The notes under the pieces: generated by a model
Told to the model about the DNA's origin: nothing
Databases searched by the model: none
What the model saw: the letters and a program-made list of their open reading frames with translations, nothing else
Shown here: piece after piece, positions 11,156 to 23,906 of the stretch
How positions within the stretch are numbered: the stretch's first letter is position 1
Layout: each line of letters starts with the position of its first letter
Assembly (NCBI RefSeq): GCF_963921235.1
Contig: NC_086097.1
Coordinates: forward strand, 65,598,001 to 65,662,000
DNA: 64,000 nucleotides
Source: Mobula hypostoma
Taxonomy: Eukaryota
Reading direction: 5' to 3'
Position numbers and translations under genes: made by a program

Positions 11156-14100
11156 ATCATTATCATCATCAGGTGCCGTGCCTAGTTTGAGCTTTGACTG
11201 CCATAGCCCACACACTCCTGTTTCGGGTCAAGTGGATCAATTCATTGGTAGTCATTTCCAGTTCTCTGGCTGCCATCTCCATCATCATTTGTCTTTGTCT
11301 TCCTCTTGCTTTCTTCCCTTCAATCTTTCCCATAATTACCATGCATTCTAACTCCTCTTTCCTAATCACATGTCCAATGAAGTTACGTTGCCTTTTCATG
11401 ATCTCATACATTATTTCTCTTCTTATGTTTGCTCTGTTCATGACATCCTCGTTAGATATTCATTTCATCCATGATATTCTTTGCATCCTCCTCAAAAACC
11501 ACATCTCTGCTGCTTCATTTTGTTTCCTCATGTTACTAGATATTGTCTAACATTCTGAGCCATATAACGTAACTGGATAAACATAACATTTCAGTACTCT
11601 AAAGCGGGTTGTCATGCCTAGCTTAGTATTGGTCAGTATACACTTCATTCTCGTAAAATTGTCTTTTGCCATCCCTATTCTTCTTTTGATGTCCATGTCA
11701 CACCTGTCATCTGATTTCACCCAGCTTCCTAAGTAGCAAAAGTTCTGTACTTGTTTTATGCCTTCCCTGTTTATTCTCAGCCTGCAAATAGGATTTTCCT
11801 TCTTTTTGTATATCACCATACATTCTGTCTTTTTGCAATTGATAGATAGACCCATTTTTGCACTTTCTTCAACAATTATATCAATTAAATTTTGTAATTC
11901 TTCCTCCCTACTTGCAATTAACACAGTCTCATCTGCATATCTGAAATTATTGATGTTTTCACCGCAAACTTTGATTCCCAACATGTCTCTTATATTTTGT
12001 AATATTGTTTCATTGTACACATTAAACAAATTGGGGAGAAAACACACCCTTGTCTAACACCTCTCTTGATTGTCATAAACTGACTCACTTCTCCATCTAT
12101 TCTTACAGCGGCAGTTTGTTCCCGGTACAGATTTCTGATTAGGCGGAGGTCTTTTGAATCTAGATCTAGAGTTTTCTGTAATATTTCAAATAACTTATTG
12201 TGCTTCACCTTATCAAATGCTTTTGTGTAGTCGATACGACAAACAAACAAGTCTTTTTGCACTTGAGTGGCTCGTTCTGATAGTATCCTTAACATCAATA
12301 TTGTGTTTCTTGTACACACAATATGGTCTTTCACAAAACCATATTGTTATCTACCTATTTCAGCTTGTATCTTACTTTTAGCTCTTGTCATCAAAATTCT
12401 TAGAAGTATCTTGGTGATATGACTCATTAAACTTATGGTCCTATGTAATTCACATTCTATTGCTCCAGCTTTCTTAGGAAGAGTGATAAATACTGATTTT
12501 TTTCATCTCTTCTGGTATTATTCCAGTCTGATAAATGTCATTGATTAAATCAGTAAGTTTTTCAATTCCATAATCTTCAAGGGTGATAATTTGTTCTATT
12601 ACTAATTCATCAGGACCTGCTGCCTTTCCTTTCTTCATCTTATTTATTGCATTACGGACTTCAGATTTTAAAATACTTGGACCTTCAATTTTTTTTATAT
12701 TTCTGGTTTTTCGCCTCGATTGTCTTCAAACAATTCCTGAATATACTCAGTTGATCTGTTCATAATCTCATCTTTTTCCATGATAATAGTACCGTCCTTT
12801 GCTTTCAAACATCCACCTGAAGAACTGAGGAGCTTTATACCAGTGATATCCTTGATTTGTTGGTGTAACCTGTTTGGATCAGTAATAGGGATTCTTTCTA
12901 TTTGCTCACATTGCTGGTTTAACCATTCTTCTTTGGCTTTTTGACATAAGCTTTTAACTTTGTTATCTAAGGATGTATATTCTATAGGATTTGCTTTCTT
13001 CCGTCTCCTTTCGTCCATTAGATTTTTGATTTCATCTGTCATCCATTTATTCTTTGTGCTTTTTTCTTTTGTAGGAATCACTAACTTTGCTGATTCTACC
13101 AAGGCATCCTTTAGAGAGTTAAATTTCATTTCTACATGATTGCCATCACCTTCAACAGATTCTATTTCTAGACTTTGAAATCTATTCCTTACTTCAACTG
13201 TAAATTTTTGTCTTAAGTTTTCTTCTTTAATTAATTGCAAGTAGTCAAGGGATTGTTCAGGTTTTTGCTTCTTTAGTTTTTTAAGTTTTACTTTTACATG
13301 ACATACTACTGGTTTATTGTCACTATTACAGTCTGCACCTGGATTGGTTTGCATTGAGTCACTGAGTTTCTAAATCTTTGGTTTATAGTGATAAAGTCAA
13401 TTTGATTTCTAGTGTTATCACCTGGACTTTTTCAGGTCCACAAGCATCTTGGATGGGTTTTATTGTCACTGTCGCTTTTCATCTTTTATTGCTGCACTTT
13501 CACAAATTTATACTACTTTTTATTTATTATCACCGTGCTGGTAACATCGTACTGTCTTACATAAACATATACAGTTTGTGAACCCTGTAGAATTTTCTCT
13601 ATTTCTTTTTTTTAATACTTTATTGTTAAACTTTTCAAAAAAACAATGAAATCAACAAGAATATACCAGCTCAGACATGTGTAAAAATGAAATAAGCGAA
13701 CAAAAAAGAGACATAACATTAGAGGGATGCCTATTGTACAAAGTGATCAAAAATACTAAACATTAAATCTCAAATGAGGGCCACGAGAAATCAGCTGGGA
13801 GGAAATTGCTCATCCGCGTCCCCCCCCCCGCCTCGTCCAGGTAGGAAAGAAATGGATCCCAGAGAGCCAAAAATTTTTTAATTGAATTGGTTTTCAAGAA
13901 CCTAAGTTTCTCCATCTGTATGACTGAGATCATATCAGCCATCCATCTCCGAAAGGAAGGGGGAGAGAGTGATTTCCATTTCCTCAAGATAAGTCTTTTG
14001 GCAACAATCATCCCCAGCATCAGAGACTGTTGTATGGCTGCAGGGAAACAAATAGTAGATTGCGAGCAGCCAAATATGGCGAGACCAGCTTCCAAGGGGA

Positions 14101-15790
14101 AGGATCTTTTATAGGCCTTTGAGTACCAGTTGAATAATTTGGACCAAAATCCAGTCAGTAATGGGCAAAACCAAAAGGTGTGTGACAACAAGACTCCGTC
14201 CCTTGCCATCTATCACACATTGGCGAGACAGAAGGGTAAGTCCTGTGCAATCTAAGTTTAGAGTAGTGGAGATGGTGGACTACTTTAAACTGGATCAGCT
14301 GATGTCTGCTGTTAACAGAACAAGCCTGTATCATAGACAAACACTTGTCTCAGGCAGCTTTAGATAATTCAATGCCTAACTCCTCTCTCCAGGTGTCTCT
14401 AATCTTCACAGTAGATGCCATAGTGCAATCATCAAACAAACGTACAACTTAGAAACGTTCTGAATTTACCAGAGACCTCTGTACAAACACCAGTCTGTTT
14501 CAATCATTCCCTTCTACCCTCATGGTCAGATAAAACCTACCATGCTTGGAGGAAGAAGGGTCTAGTTTCTATTGAAGACCTGTACATAGAGGGACAGTTT
14601 GCAACATTTAGTCTGCTGAAAGAGAAATTTGAGCTGCCTCATTCGCACTTTTTTCATTACTTACAAATTAGACACTACATTCAATCTAAGATTTGTAATT
14701 TTGAAATCCTTCCAGGAAAACATATATTTTTTGATATATTCAAGAACCCTTCTGACTCCAGGCATCTCGTTTCTAAGTTTGTACATTTGTTGGATGGTTT
14801 TTAAAGTAGGTATTCATAATGACCTGATTATTCATCTTGCACCATTCCAACCATTTCTCACCTCTTTCAATCCCTTGACTGGGGACTTTCAGAGGTTTGG
14901 GGAAAGTGGAGTTACCCCTTAGTCATTCATTGCTCCCAGGGCTGCTCTGACCCGGAACGGTAGCACGTGCAAGGGTTCCTGCTCAAGATACGAGCGAAGG
15001 CCAATGGCAGATCTGGAAGGTTCAGTAACTGAACTTATGACGGTGAAGGCAGATGAGCTAGGACCTCAAATGTCAACGGCTATAGTACAGAAAAAACAAG
15101 TTTTCCTACAGTATTTCCGTCAGCACCTTGTCCTACTTTAGCATTTAGATCTCCCATGACAATAACAATATCTTGAGATTTGCATCCATTCTTTGCTTGT
15201 TCAAGCTGTTCATAGAGTTTATCTATATCCTCATTTGTTCCATCTTTTGTTGGTGCATATACCTGTATAATTGCTAAATCAAATGGTTGTCCTTTGAATC
15301 TAACAAGGAGCACTCTTTCTGATATTGCCCAATGTCTTAAAACACCTTTTTCCATGTTTTCATCCATAAGAATTCCTGCTCCATTAGTATGGGATGTTCC
15401 ACAAGAATAAATTCGTGTTTTATTTCTATTCTGACATGTTCCAGCACCTATCCAACGAACTTCACTAATTCCCATGATGTTAATCTTTAGTCTTTCCACT
15501 TCATTTATCACATTGTCTAATCTTTCTGCTTGATATAGGGTTCTTACATTCCAAGTGGCAATAATTTCCTTTTGTGTTACTTGAATTTTATGAGCAGTAG
15601 CTTGATGACGGTCGGGGCTCCCCTGCTGACCAGAATCAACCCTACCGAGCGAAGCATCTTCAGAGTTGTCTTGAAGGTCCTCTTGACGCTGTTATTGTGT
15701 GATACATTTTGTGAGTTTGACCATGGTTTTCTTAGCAAATAGATTCTAGGAAACCTAGTATCTAGCAACGGTGGTTTGCTATTGCTTACC
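11156..15790 (-). mobile_element. Near full-length degenerate RTE-clade LINE, interrupted by L1 and by a ~225-bp insert
   Basis: Endonuclease 'IMGISEVRW..QVYAPT..MGDLNAKVG', RT 'DYTKAFDKV..GVRQGC..FRYADE', C-terminal 'GKIEGKKARGRQR', and a (tga)n tail at 11156-11170. Confidence 0.92.
13463..14789 (-). mobile_element. L1/Tx1-clade 3' fragment with a 5' inversion and a probable 3' transduction
   Basis: ORF2 C-terminus (HTFWFCP..FW, LILRKWK) on minus 13763-14456, and the upstream ORF2 part on plus 14470-14789. 14-bp TSD ttggatggKtttta at 13449-13462 and 14790-14803. Confidence 0.85.
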
Positions 15791-15859
15791 TTTGGGCGAA
15801 CTAAAGAAATCACCATTTCTCTTCCTTTTAAATATACCTCTTTCAAATTACTCTCACTG

Positions 15860-18722
15860 CAATCTGCAGCATGTAACTTCCCTTTTAAACTAACTTAATG
15901 AACTGCAGATCTCACGATTATCTGAAGGACTTAGCCGACCAGGCGGGTATTACACCTTTAAGAGGATGAAGATTCATCGCCAGGACCAGAATCAAGGCCG
16001 TTAGGAGGGGCGGGGGGAAGGGAAGCCAAACTGAAACGCAGACAGATGAGCCCTTCTCTACCCAGCATCTTGTTCGCAAATATGCAGCTGCTGGAGAACA
16101 AAATTGAGTACCTAAGGGCAGAATTGCTGCTTCAGAGAGAAATGAGAGCCTATTGTTTTCTATGTTCAACTGAAACATGGCTTTCTCCCAGCACACCAGA
16201 TACAGTGATCAGACCCGAAGGCTTCTTGATTTACAGAATGGACTGAACTGCTGATTCAGAAGAGGTGAAAGGGTAAGGTGTGTGTTTCATGATAAATTCT
16301 TGATGGTGCTCTGATGTGGCAGTTTTGTTGAACCGTGCTCCCCGACTTGGAATACCTAATAGTCAAATACCATCTGTTCTATTTATGGCTGCAGATTACA
16401 TACCTCCTGCAGCTGACTATAATCAAGAGCTCACAATACTGCATGATGTCGTCTCCAACCAAGAAACAGTCCATCTCGATGCATTTCAAGTCATAGTCAG
16501 AGACTTCAGCCAGGCTTGTCTGAAGAAAACCCTGCCCATTACTATCAGCATATAACCTGAAGAACCAGAGATTCCAACACACTAGAGGACTGCTATACTA
16601 AGATAAGGAATGCCAACTGTTCCATGCCTATGGCACATTTCAGGAAATCTGATCACTTGGCTGTCCTTCTTCTACCTGCACAGAGGCAGAGGCTAAAGAT
16701 CAAAGCTCCAGAGATTCGGACAACGAAGAAGTAGTCATGGGAGGCACAGGAGCAGCTATGGGATTGCCGTATTCAAGGACTCATCTAGAGATCTGAATGA
16801 ATACACCGTGGTTGTAATAGACTTTATTAAAACAGCTGTAGATGAGTGTGTTCCCACAAAATCATTCAGAGTCTTCCCCAATCAGGAGCTCAGGATGAAC
16901 CACAAGATCCAAAATCTGCTGAGAGCCAGATCAGAGGCTTTCAAGTCTTCTTAAATCAAGTGACATAGGAGACAGAAGGGATTCGCTTCCAGATGAGCTC
17001 AATGCCTTCTATGCTCGTTTTGACCATCAAAACATGGAGGAATCATCAAAAAACTCCCATATCTCCCTCCCATGATTTCAGTCTCAGAAGCCGATGTGCG
17101 AGCAGCCTTCAGGTGGGTGAACCCATGAAAAGCATCTGGCTCAGATGAGGTGTCTGGCCAAGTACTAAAGACCTGTACTGATCAACTGGCTGGTGTGTTC
17201 ACTGAGATCTTTAACCTCTTGCTTCAGCAGTGTGTAGTATCCACCTCCTTCAAGCAAGCTTCAATTTTACTGAGGCCCAAGACTATGGTGGCCTGCCTCA
17301 GTGACTATCTTCCAGTCACACTTACATCCACAGTGATGAAGTGTTTTGAAAGGTTGGTGATGAACCATAATCAACTCCTGCCTGAGAGGTGACTTAAATC
17401 CACTCCAATTTGCTTACCAGGGCAACAGGTCTATAGCAAATGCTATCTCACTGGTTCTCCACTCAACCCAGGAACATCTGGACAGCAAAGATGCACACAT
17501 CAGGATGCTCTTTATCAACTACTGCTCAGCATTCAATACCATCATCCCCTCAAAACTAAGCAATAAGCTTCAAGACCTTGGCCTCAATACCTCCTTGTGC
17601 AATTGGATCTCTGATTTCCTCATTTGCAGACACCAGTCAGTTTGGATTGGCACAGGTGCACCACAAACCTTTGTGCTTAGTCCCCTATTCTACTTGCTTT
17701 ACACTTATGACTGTGTGGCTAAGCACAGCTCCAATGCCATATTCAAGTTTACTGACGATGCCACTGTCGTAGAGCGAATCAAAGGAGGTGATGAATCAGC
17801 ATTTAGAAGGGAGACTGAAAATCTGGCTGAGTGGTTTTATTTCGATGTCAAGAAGACCAAGGCTGATTATAGACTTCAGGAAAAGGAAACTCGAGATCCA
17901 TGAGCCAGTCCTCATCAGAGGATCAGAGATGAAGAGGACTAGTTACTTTAAATTCCTTAGTTTTATTATTTTGGAGGTCCTGCCTAGGCACAGCATGTAA
18001 GTACAATTATAAAGAAAGCACAACAGGCCTGTACTTCCTTAAAGAGTTTGCGGAGATTAGCATGGCATCTAAAACTTTGACAAACTTCTATAGATGTGTG
18101 GTGGAAAGTTTATTGACTGGCTGCATCACAGCCTGGTATGGAAACACCAATGCCTTTGAATGGAAAACTCTACGAAAAGTAGTGGAAACAGCTCAGTCCA
18201 TCACAGGTAAAGCCCTCCCAACCATTGAGCACAACTACATGAAATGCTGTTGCAGGAAAGCAGCACCCATAATCAAGGACGCCAACACCCAGGACATGCT
18301 CTCTTCTCATGGCTGCCATTTGGAAGGAGGTAGAAGAGCCTCAGGACTCGCACCATCAGGTTCAGGAACAGTTACTACCCCTCAGCTATCAGGCTCTTGA
18401 ATCAAAGCGGATAACTTCACTCAACTTCAGTTGCCCCATCATTGAAATATTCCCACAATCAATGGACTCACTTTCAAGGACACTTCATCTCGTGTTCTCT
18501 ATACTTATTGCTTATTTATTCATTATTACTATTTCTTTTTGAATTTCTACAGTTTGTTCTCTTCTGCATTCTGGTTGAATGCCCCAGTTGGGCAGTCTTT
18601 CATTGATTCTTTTAGGGTTACTATTCTGTAGATTTATTGAATATGCCCAAAAGAAAATGAATCTCAGGGTTGTATATAGTGACATATATGTACTTTGAAT
18701 TTAAAATTTACTTTGAACCTTG
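15860..18722 (+). mobile_element. Near full-length degenerate Rex1/Babar LINE
   Basis: 'LPSILFAN..LENK', 'TETWL', 'LTSTVMKCFERLV', 'SAFNTIIPSKL', 'KFTDD', plus the typical tail. Confidence 0.9.
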
Positions 18723-19029
18723 GACAGTATTTTTATGTCGAACAATAACTGAAGATGTTTGCGACTGTCCTTATCCAGGAACGTAGGAACACATTAATCA
18801 GGAGCAGGAATTGACTTCTCTGCCTCTGAAGACTGACACATCATCTAATAAAATCATGTGTGCTACGACTGCTGACATTCAATTTTTCCATTCCCATCCG
18901 ACTACAGTAGCTATCCACTTCTTGGCTTATGAAATATACAATAAGTGGCCACTTTATTAGGCATACCTGCTCCTTAATGCAAATATGTAATCTGCCAATC
19001 ATGTAGCAGCAACTTAGAGCATGCATAAC

Positions 19030-19300
19030 ACTACTATAGCTCAGGACGTTGGAATTTGGAATTCATTCCTGGTGTTGTCTATAAGGAGTTTGCACATCCT
19101 TCCCGTGACTGCATGGGTTTCCTCCAGGTGCTCCAGTTTCCTCCCACAGTCCAAAGACATACAGGTTAGTAGGTTAGTTGGTGAATTGGTCATTGTAAAC
19201 TGTCCTATGATTAGGCTAATATTATGTAGATGGGTTGTGGGGTGGTGTGGCTCATTGGGCTGGGAGGGCCTGTTCTGCACTACATCTCAAAATAAAATAA
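19030..19300 (+). mobile_element. V-SINE (HE1-like)
   Basis: V-domain gggtttcctccaggtgctccagtttcctcccacagtccaaagac and an (aaaat)n tail. Confidence 0.8.
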
Positions 19301-19620
19301 AAACATGCAGACATAGTCAAGAGGTTCAGTTGTTCAGACCAAACATCAGAATGGGTAAGAAATGTGATCTAAGTAACTTTGACTATGCAATGATTGGTGC
19401 CAGATGGGGTAGCCTGAGTATCTCAGAAACTGCTGATCTCCTGGGATTTCCATGCATAGATTCTCCAGAGTTTACAGAGAATGGTGCAAAAAACAAAACA
19501 CACCCAGTGAGTGCCAGATCTGCAAGTAAAAATCCCCTGTTAATGAGAGAGTTCAGAAGAGAATAGCTAAACTAGTTCAAGCTGACAGGAATCAGAATCT
19601 GATTTAATATCACTGGTATA

Positions 19621-21448
19621 AAGCAAGAAGGGGGCATGAGAAGGCCTTGGCGAGTAGGGTAAAAGCCCAAGGCATTCTTCAATTATGTGAAGAACAAAAG
19701 ATGACAGGAGTGAAATTAGGACCGATTAGAGATAAAGGTGGGAAGATGTGCCTGGAGGCTGTGGAAGTGAGCGAAGCCCTCAATGAATACTTCTCTTCGG
19801 TATTCACCAATGAAAAGGAACTTGATGACGGTGAGGACAATATGAGTGAGGTTGATGTTCTGGAGCATGTTGATATTAAGGGAGAGGAGGTGTTGGAGTT
19901 GTTAAAATATATTAGGACAGATAAGTCCCTGGGGCCTGACAGAATATTCCCCAGGTTGCACCACGAGGCGAGGGAAGAGAATACTGAGCCTCTGGCTAGG
20001 ATCTTTATGTCCTCGTTGTCCATGGGAATGGCACTGGAGGATTGGAGGGAGGCAATAGTTGTCCCCTTGTTCAAAAAAGTAGTAGGGATAGTCCGGGTAA
20101 TTATAGACCAGTGAGCCTTACATCTGTGGTGGGAAAGCTGTTGGAAAAGATTCTTAGAGATAGGATCTATGGGCATTTAGAGAAACATGGTCTGATCAGG
20201 GACAGTCAGCATGGCTTTGTGAAGGGCAGATCGTGTTTAACAAGCCTGATAAGAGTTCTTTGAGGAGGTGACCAGGCAGATAGATGAGGGTAGTGTAGTG
20301 GATGTGATCTATATGGATTTTATTAAGATATTTGACAAGGTTCCGCACGGTGGGCTTATTCAGAAAGTCAGAAGGCATGGGATCCAGGGAAGTTTGGCCA
20401 AGTGGATTCAGAATTGGCTTGCCTGCAGAAAGCAAAGGGTCGTGGTGGAGGGAGTACATTCAGATCGGAGGGTTGTGACCAGTGGTGTCCCACAAGGATC
20501 AGTTCTGGGACCTCTACTTTTCATGATTTTTATTAACGACCTGGATGTGGGGTAGAAGGGTGGGTTGGCAAGTTTGCAGACAACACAAAGGTTGGTGGTG
20601 TTGTGGATAGTGTAGAGGATTGTTGGAGATTGCAGAGAGACATTGATAGGATGCAGAAGTGGGCTGAGAAGTGGCAGATGGAGTTCAACCTGTAGAAGTG
20701 TGAGGTGGTACACTTTGGAAGGACAAACTCCAAGGCAGAGTACAAACTTGGTAGTGTGGAGGAGCAGAGGGATCTGGGGGTACATGTCCACAGATCCCTG
20801 AAAGTTGCCTCACACGTAGATAGGATAGTTAAGAAAGCTTATGGGATGTTAGCGTTCATAAGTTGAGGGATAGAGTCATGAGGTAATGATGCAGCTCTAT
20901 AAAACTCTGGTTAGGCCACACTTGGAGTACTGTGTCCAGTTCTGTCGCCTCACTATGGGAAGGATGTGGAAGCATTGGGAAGGGTACAGAGGAGATTTAT
21001 TTGGATGCTGCCTGGTTTAGAGAGTATGCATTATGATCAGAGATTAAGGGAGCTAGGACTTTACTCTTCGGGGAGAAGGAGGATGAGAGGAGACGTGATA
21101 GAGGTATATAAGATACTAAGAGGAATAGATAGCAGGACAGCCAGTGCCTCTTCCCCAGGGCACCACTGCTCAATACAAGAGGACATGGCTTTAAGGTAAG
21201 GGTTGGGAGGTTCAAGGGGGGATATTAGAGGAAGGTTTTTTTATTCAGAGAGTGGTTGGTGCCTGGAATGCACTGCCTGAGTCAGTGGTGGAGGCAGATA
21301 CATTAATGAAATTTAAGAGACTACTAGACAGGTATTTGGAGGAATTTAAGGTGGGGGGGTTATATGGGTGGCAGGGTTTAAGGGTCAGCACAACATTGTG
21401 GGCCAAAGGGCCTGTAATGTGCTGTACAATTCTATATTCTATGTTCTA
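19621..21448 (+). mobile_element. 5'-truncated CR1 LINE (RT and 3' UTR)
   Basis: [37 protein letters not shown] and a (ttctatg)n tail. TSD tggtata at 19614-19620 and 21449-21455. Confidence 0.93.
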
Positions 21449-22300
21449 TGGTATATGTCATGAAATTTGTTAACTTTACAGCAGGAGTACAATGAAATAC
21501 ATGTTAAATAAAGAGGGAAAAACTGAATTACATTAAGTATATGGAAGTATATTAAATAGTTAAGTTAAAATAAGTTGTGCAAAAAAAAACAGAAATAAAA
21601 AAAGCAGTAAGGTTGTGCTCATGGTATTCAATGTCCATTTAGAAATCAGATGGCAGAGGGGAAGAGACTGTTCCTGAATCACTGAGTGTGTGCCTTTAGG
21701 CTTCTGTACCTCCTTTCCGATGGTTACAATGAGAAGAGGGCGTGTCCTGGGTGGTGTGGCTCCTTAATGATGGATGCTGCCTTCCTCAGGCACTGCTTCT
21801 TGAAGATATCTTCGATACTACAGAGGCTAGTACCCACGATGGAGCTGACTAAGTTTACAAGTTCCTGCAACTGATTTCAGTTTTATGTAGTAGCCACCTC
21901 CACCCCCCATACCAGGCATTGATGCAGTCACACAGAAATGCTCACCACAGTACATTTGTAAAAGTTTTCAAGTGTTTCAGTTGACAAAATAAATCTCCTT
22001 AGACTCATGAAATATAGCCGCTGTCTTTCCTTCTTTATAGCTGCATCAGTATGTTGTGTCCAGGTGTGGTCTTCAGATATCGACACCCAGGAACTTGAAA
22101 TTGTTCCTTCTCTCCACTTCTGGTCCCTTGATGAAGATTGGTTTGTGTTCCTTCGTCTTACCCTTTCTGAAGTCCACAACCAGTTCTTTGGTCTTGCTGG
22201 CATTAAATGCAAGGTTATTGCTGCAACACCACTCAACTAGCCAGTATATCTCGCTCCTGTACACCCTTTTGTCACCATCTGAAATTCTGCCAACAAAACG
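21449..22300 (-). mobile_element. Rex1/Babar 3' fragment (tail tip at 19590-19620, split off by CR1)
   Basis: 'WCCSNNLAFNASKTKELVVDFRK..FKFLG' on the minus strand. Confidence 0.85.
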
Positions 22301-22789
22301 GCAACAGTAACTCAAATAACTGCACGTTACAACCGTTATGTGCAGAAGAGCTTCTTCGAACACACAGTTTGAACCTTGAACTGGATGGACTACTGCAGCA
22401 TTAGACTATGAACATGCATTCAGTGGCCATTATTTTTAGATGCAGGAGGTACCCTGTAAAGAGGCTACTGAGTGTATAACTCTGAGGATTTATGTAGGCT
22501 TACCTCCCATTACAATATTTTGAAATTGAATTGGAAAATGACTCAAGATTCAAGATTGCAGATGCATGGTAACAACCAAGAAATCCACCCACTTTTTAGC
22601 ATAATCTGGAGGCCTGAAATGGACTTAAATCATGAATAAGTGTCATCGGCCAGATTTTTATGGGTTCAGATCTGCTAATAAACACTTGAATGTGAAGAAG
22701 TGTTCTTCATTTTGTGTAATGCAGTGGAACAGCAAGTACAGTTGCTGCTTCTTAGGTTCAGTGATTAAGAGTTCAATGCTGATCTCTGT

Positions 22790-23050
22790 TCCTGCCTGTG
22801 TGGGAGCTGCACATTATTACCATGACAATGTGTTCGCCTCTGCATGCACCAGTTTCCTCTGACATCCCAAAGATACTTGGGTTGATTGTTAACTGCCCAC
22901 TGTACATTCCCCAAGGGTGTAGACGAGTGGTAGAATCTGAGAAGAGTTGATGGGAATGTGAGGAGATTAAAATGGGATGAGTATAAATCACTGACTTGAT
23001 TGTCAGTTCCGCCTCACTGGTCTGAAGAGCCTGTTTCCATGCTTTTATAA
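22790..23050 (+). mobile_element. Degenerate V-SINE
   Basis: agtttcctctgacatcccaaaga V-domain remnant and tail agagcctgtttccatgct. Confidence 0.55.
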
Positions 23051-23212
23051 TCAATTACTATAAGATTGAGATAATTTTAAAGAGCTTTATGTTTTTTTTA
23101 ATTTTCCAAAGTAGAAAGGTAACACTAGAGAACATAATAGTTGCACAGAGAACTTGATTGCTCTTTAAGAAATCTAAAAAGAAAACTTCAACTTGTTGCT
23201 TCTTCCAAGGAT

Positions 23213-23906
23213 AAAGTGAAGAAGGCAAATGCAATGTTGGCATTCATTTCTAGAGGAATAGAGTATAGGAGCAGGGATGTGATGTTGAGGCTCTATAAGG
23301 CGCTGGTGAGACCTCACTTGGAGTACTGTGGGCAGTTTTGGTCTCCTTATTTAAGAAAGGATGTGCTGACGTTGGAGAGGGTACAGAGAAGATTCACTAG
23401 AATGATTCCAGGAATGAGACGGTTAACATATGAGGAACGTTTGTCCGCTCTTGGACTGTATTCCTTGGAGTTTAGAAGAATGAGGGGAGACCTCATAGAA
23501 ACACTTTGAATGTTGAAAGGCATGGACAGAGTGGATGTGGCAAAGTTGTTTCCCATGATGGGGGAATCTAGCACGAGAGGGCAAGACTTAAGGATTGAAG
23601 GTCGCCCATTCAGAACAGAAATGCGAAGAAATTTTTTTAGTCAGAGGGTGGTGAATCTATGGAATTTGGCAGGTGGTGAATCTATGGAATTTGTTGCCAC
23701 GGGCAGCAGTGGAGGCCAAGTCATTGAGTGTACTTAAGGCAGAGATTGATAGGTATCTGAGTAGCCAGGGCATCAAAGGTTATGGTGAGAAAGCGGGGAA
23801 GTGGGACTAAATGGGAGAATGGATCAGCTCATGATAAAATGGCGGAGCAGACTCGATGGGCTGAATGGCTGACTTCTGCTCCTTTGTCTTATGGTCTTAT
23901 GGTCTA
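23213..23906 (+). mobile_element. Young CR1 3' fragment
   Basis: 'LYKALVRPHLEYC..LERVQRRFT..RRMRGDLIE' and a (tcttatgg)n tail. Confidence 0.92.

Larger units (their letters stand above)
18939..22474 (+). mobile_element. Short Tc1-derived element expanded by nested V-SINE, Rex1 and CR1 insertions
   Basis: TA|ca..agtggccactttattagg at left and ggctactgagtg|TA at right. HTH remnant MGKKCDLSNFD..SISETADLLGF. An uninterrupted sister copy is at 42059-42427. Confidence 0.75.

Noticed and set aside
23647..23693. Short tandem duplication in CR1 (a similar one at 59307-59353) as an array or CRISPR
   Set aside because: Only two units, a local slippage duplication, in a eukaryotic context.
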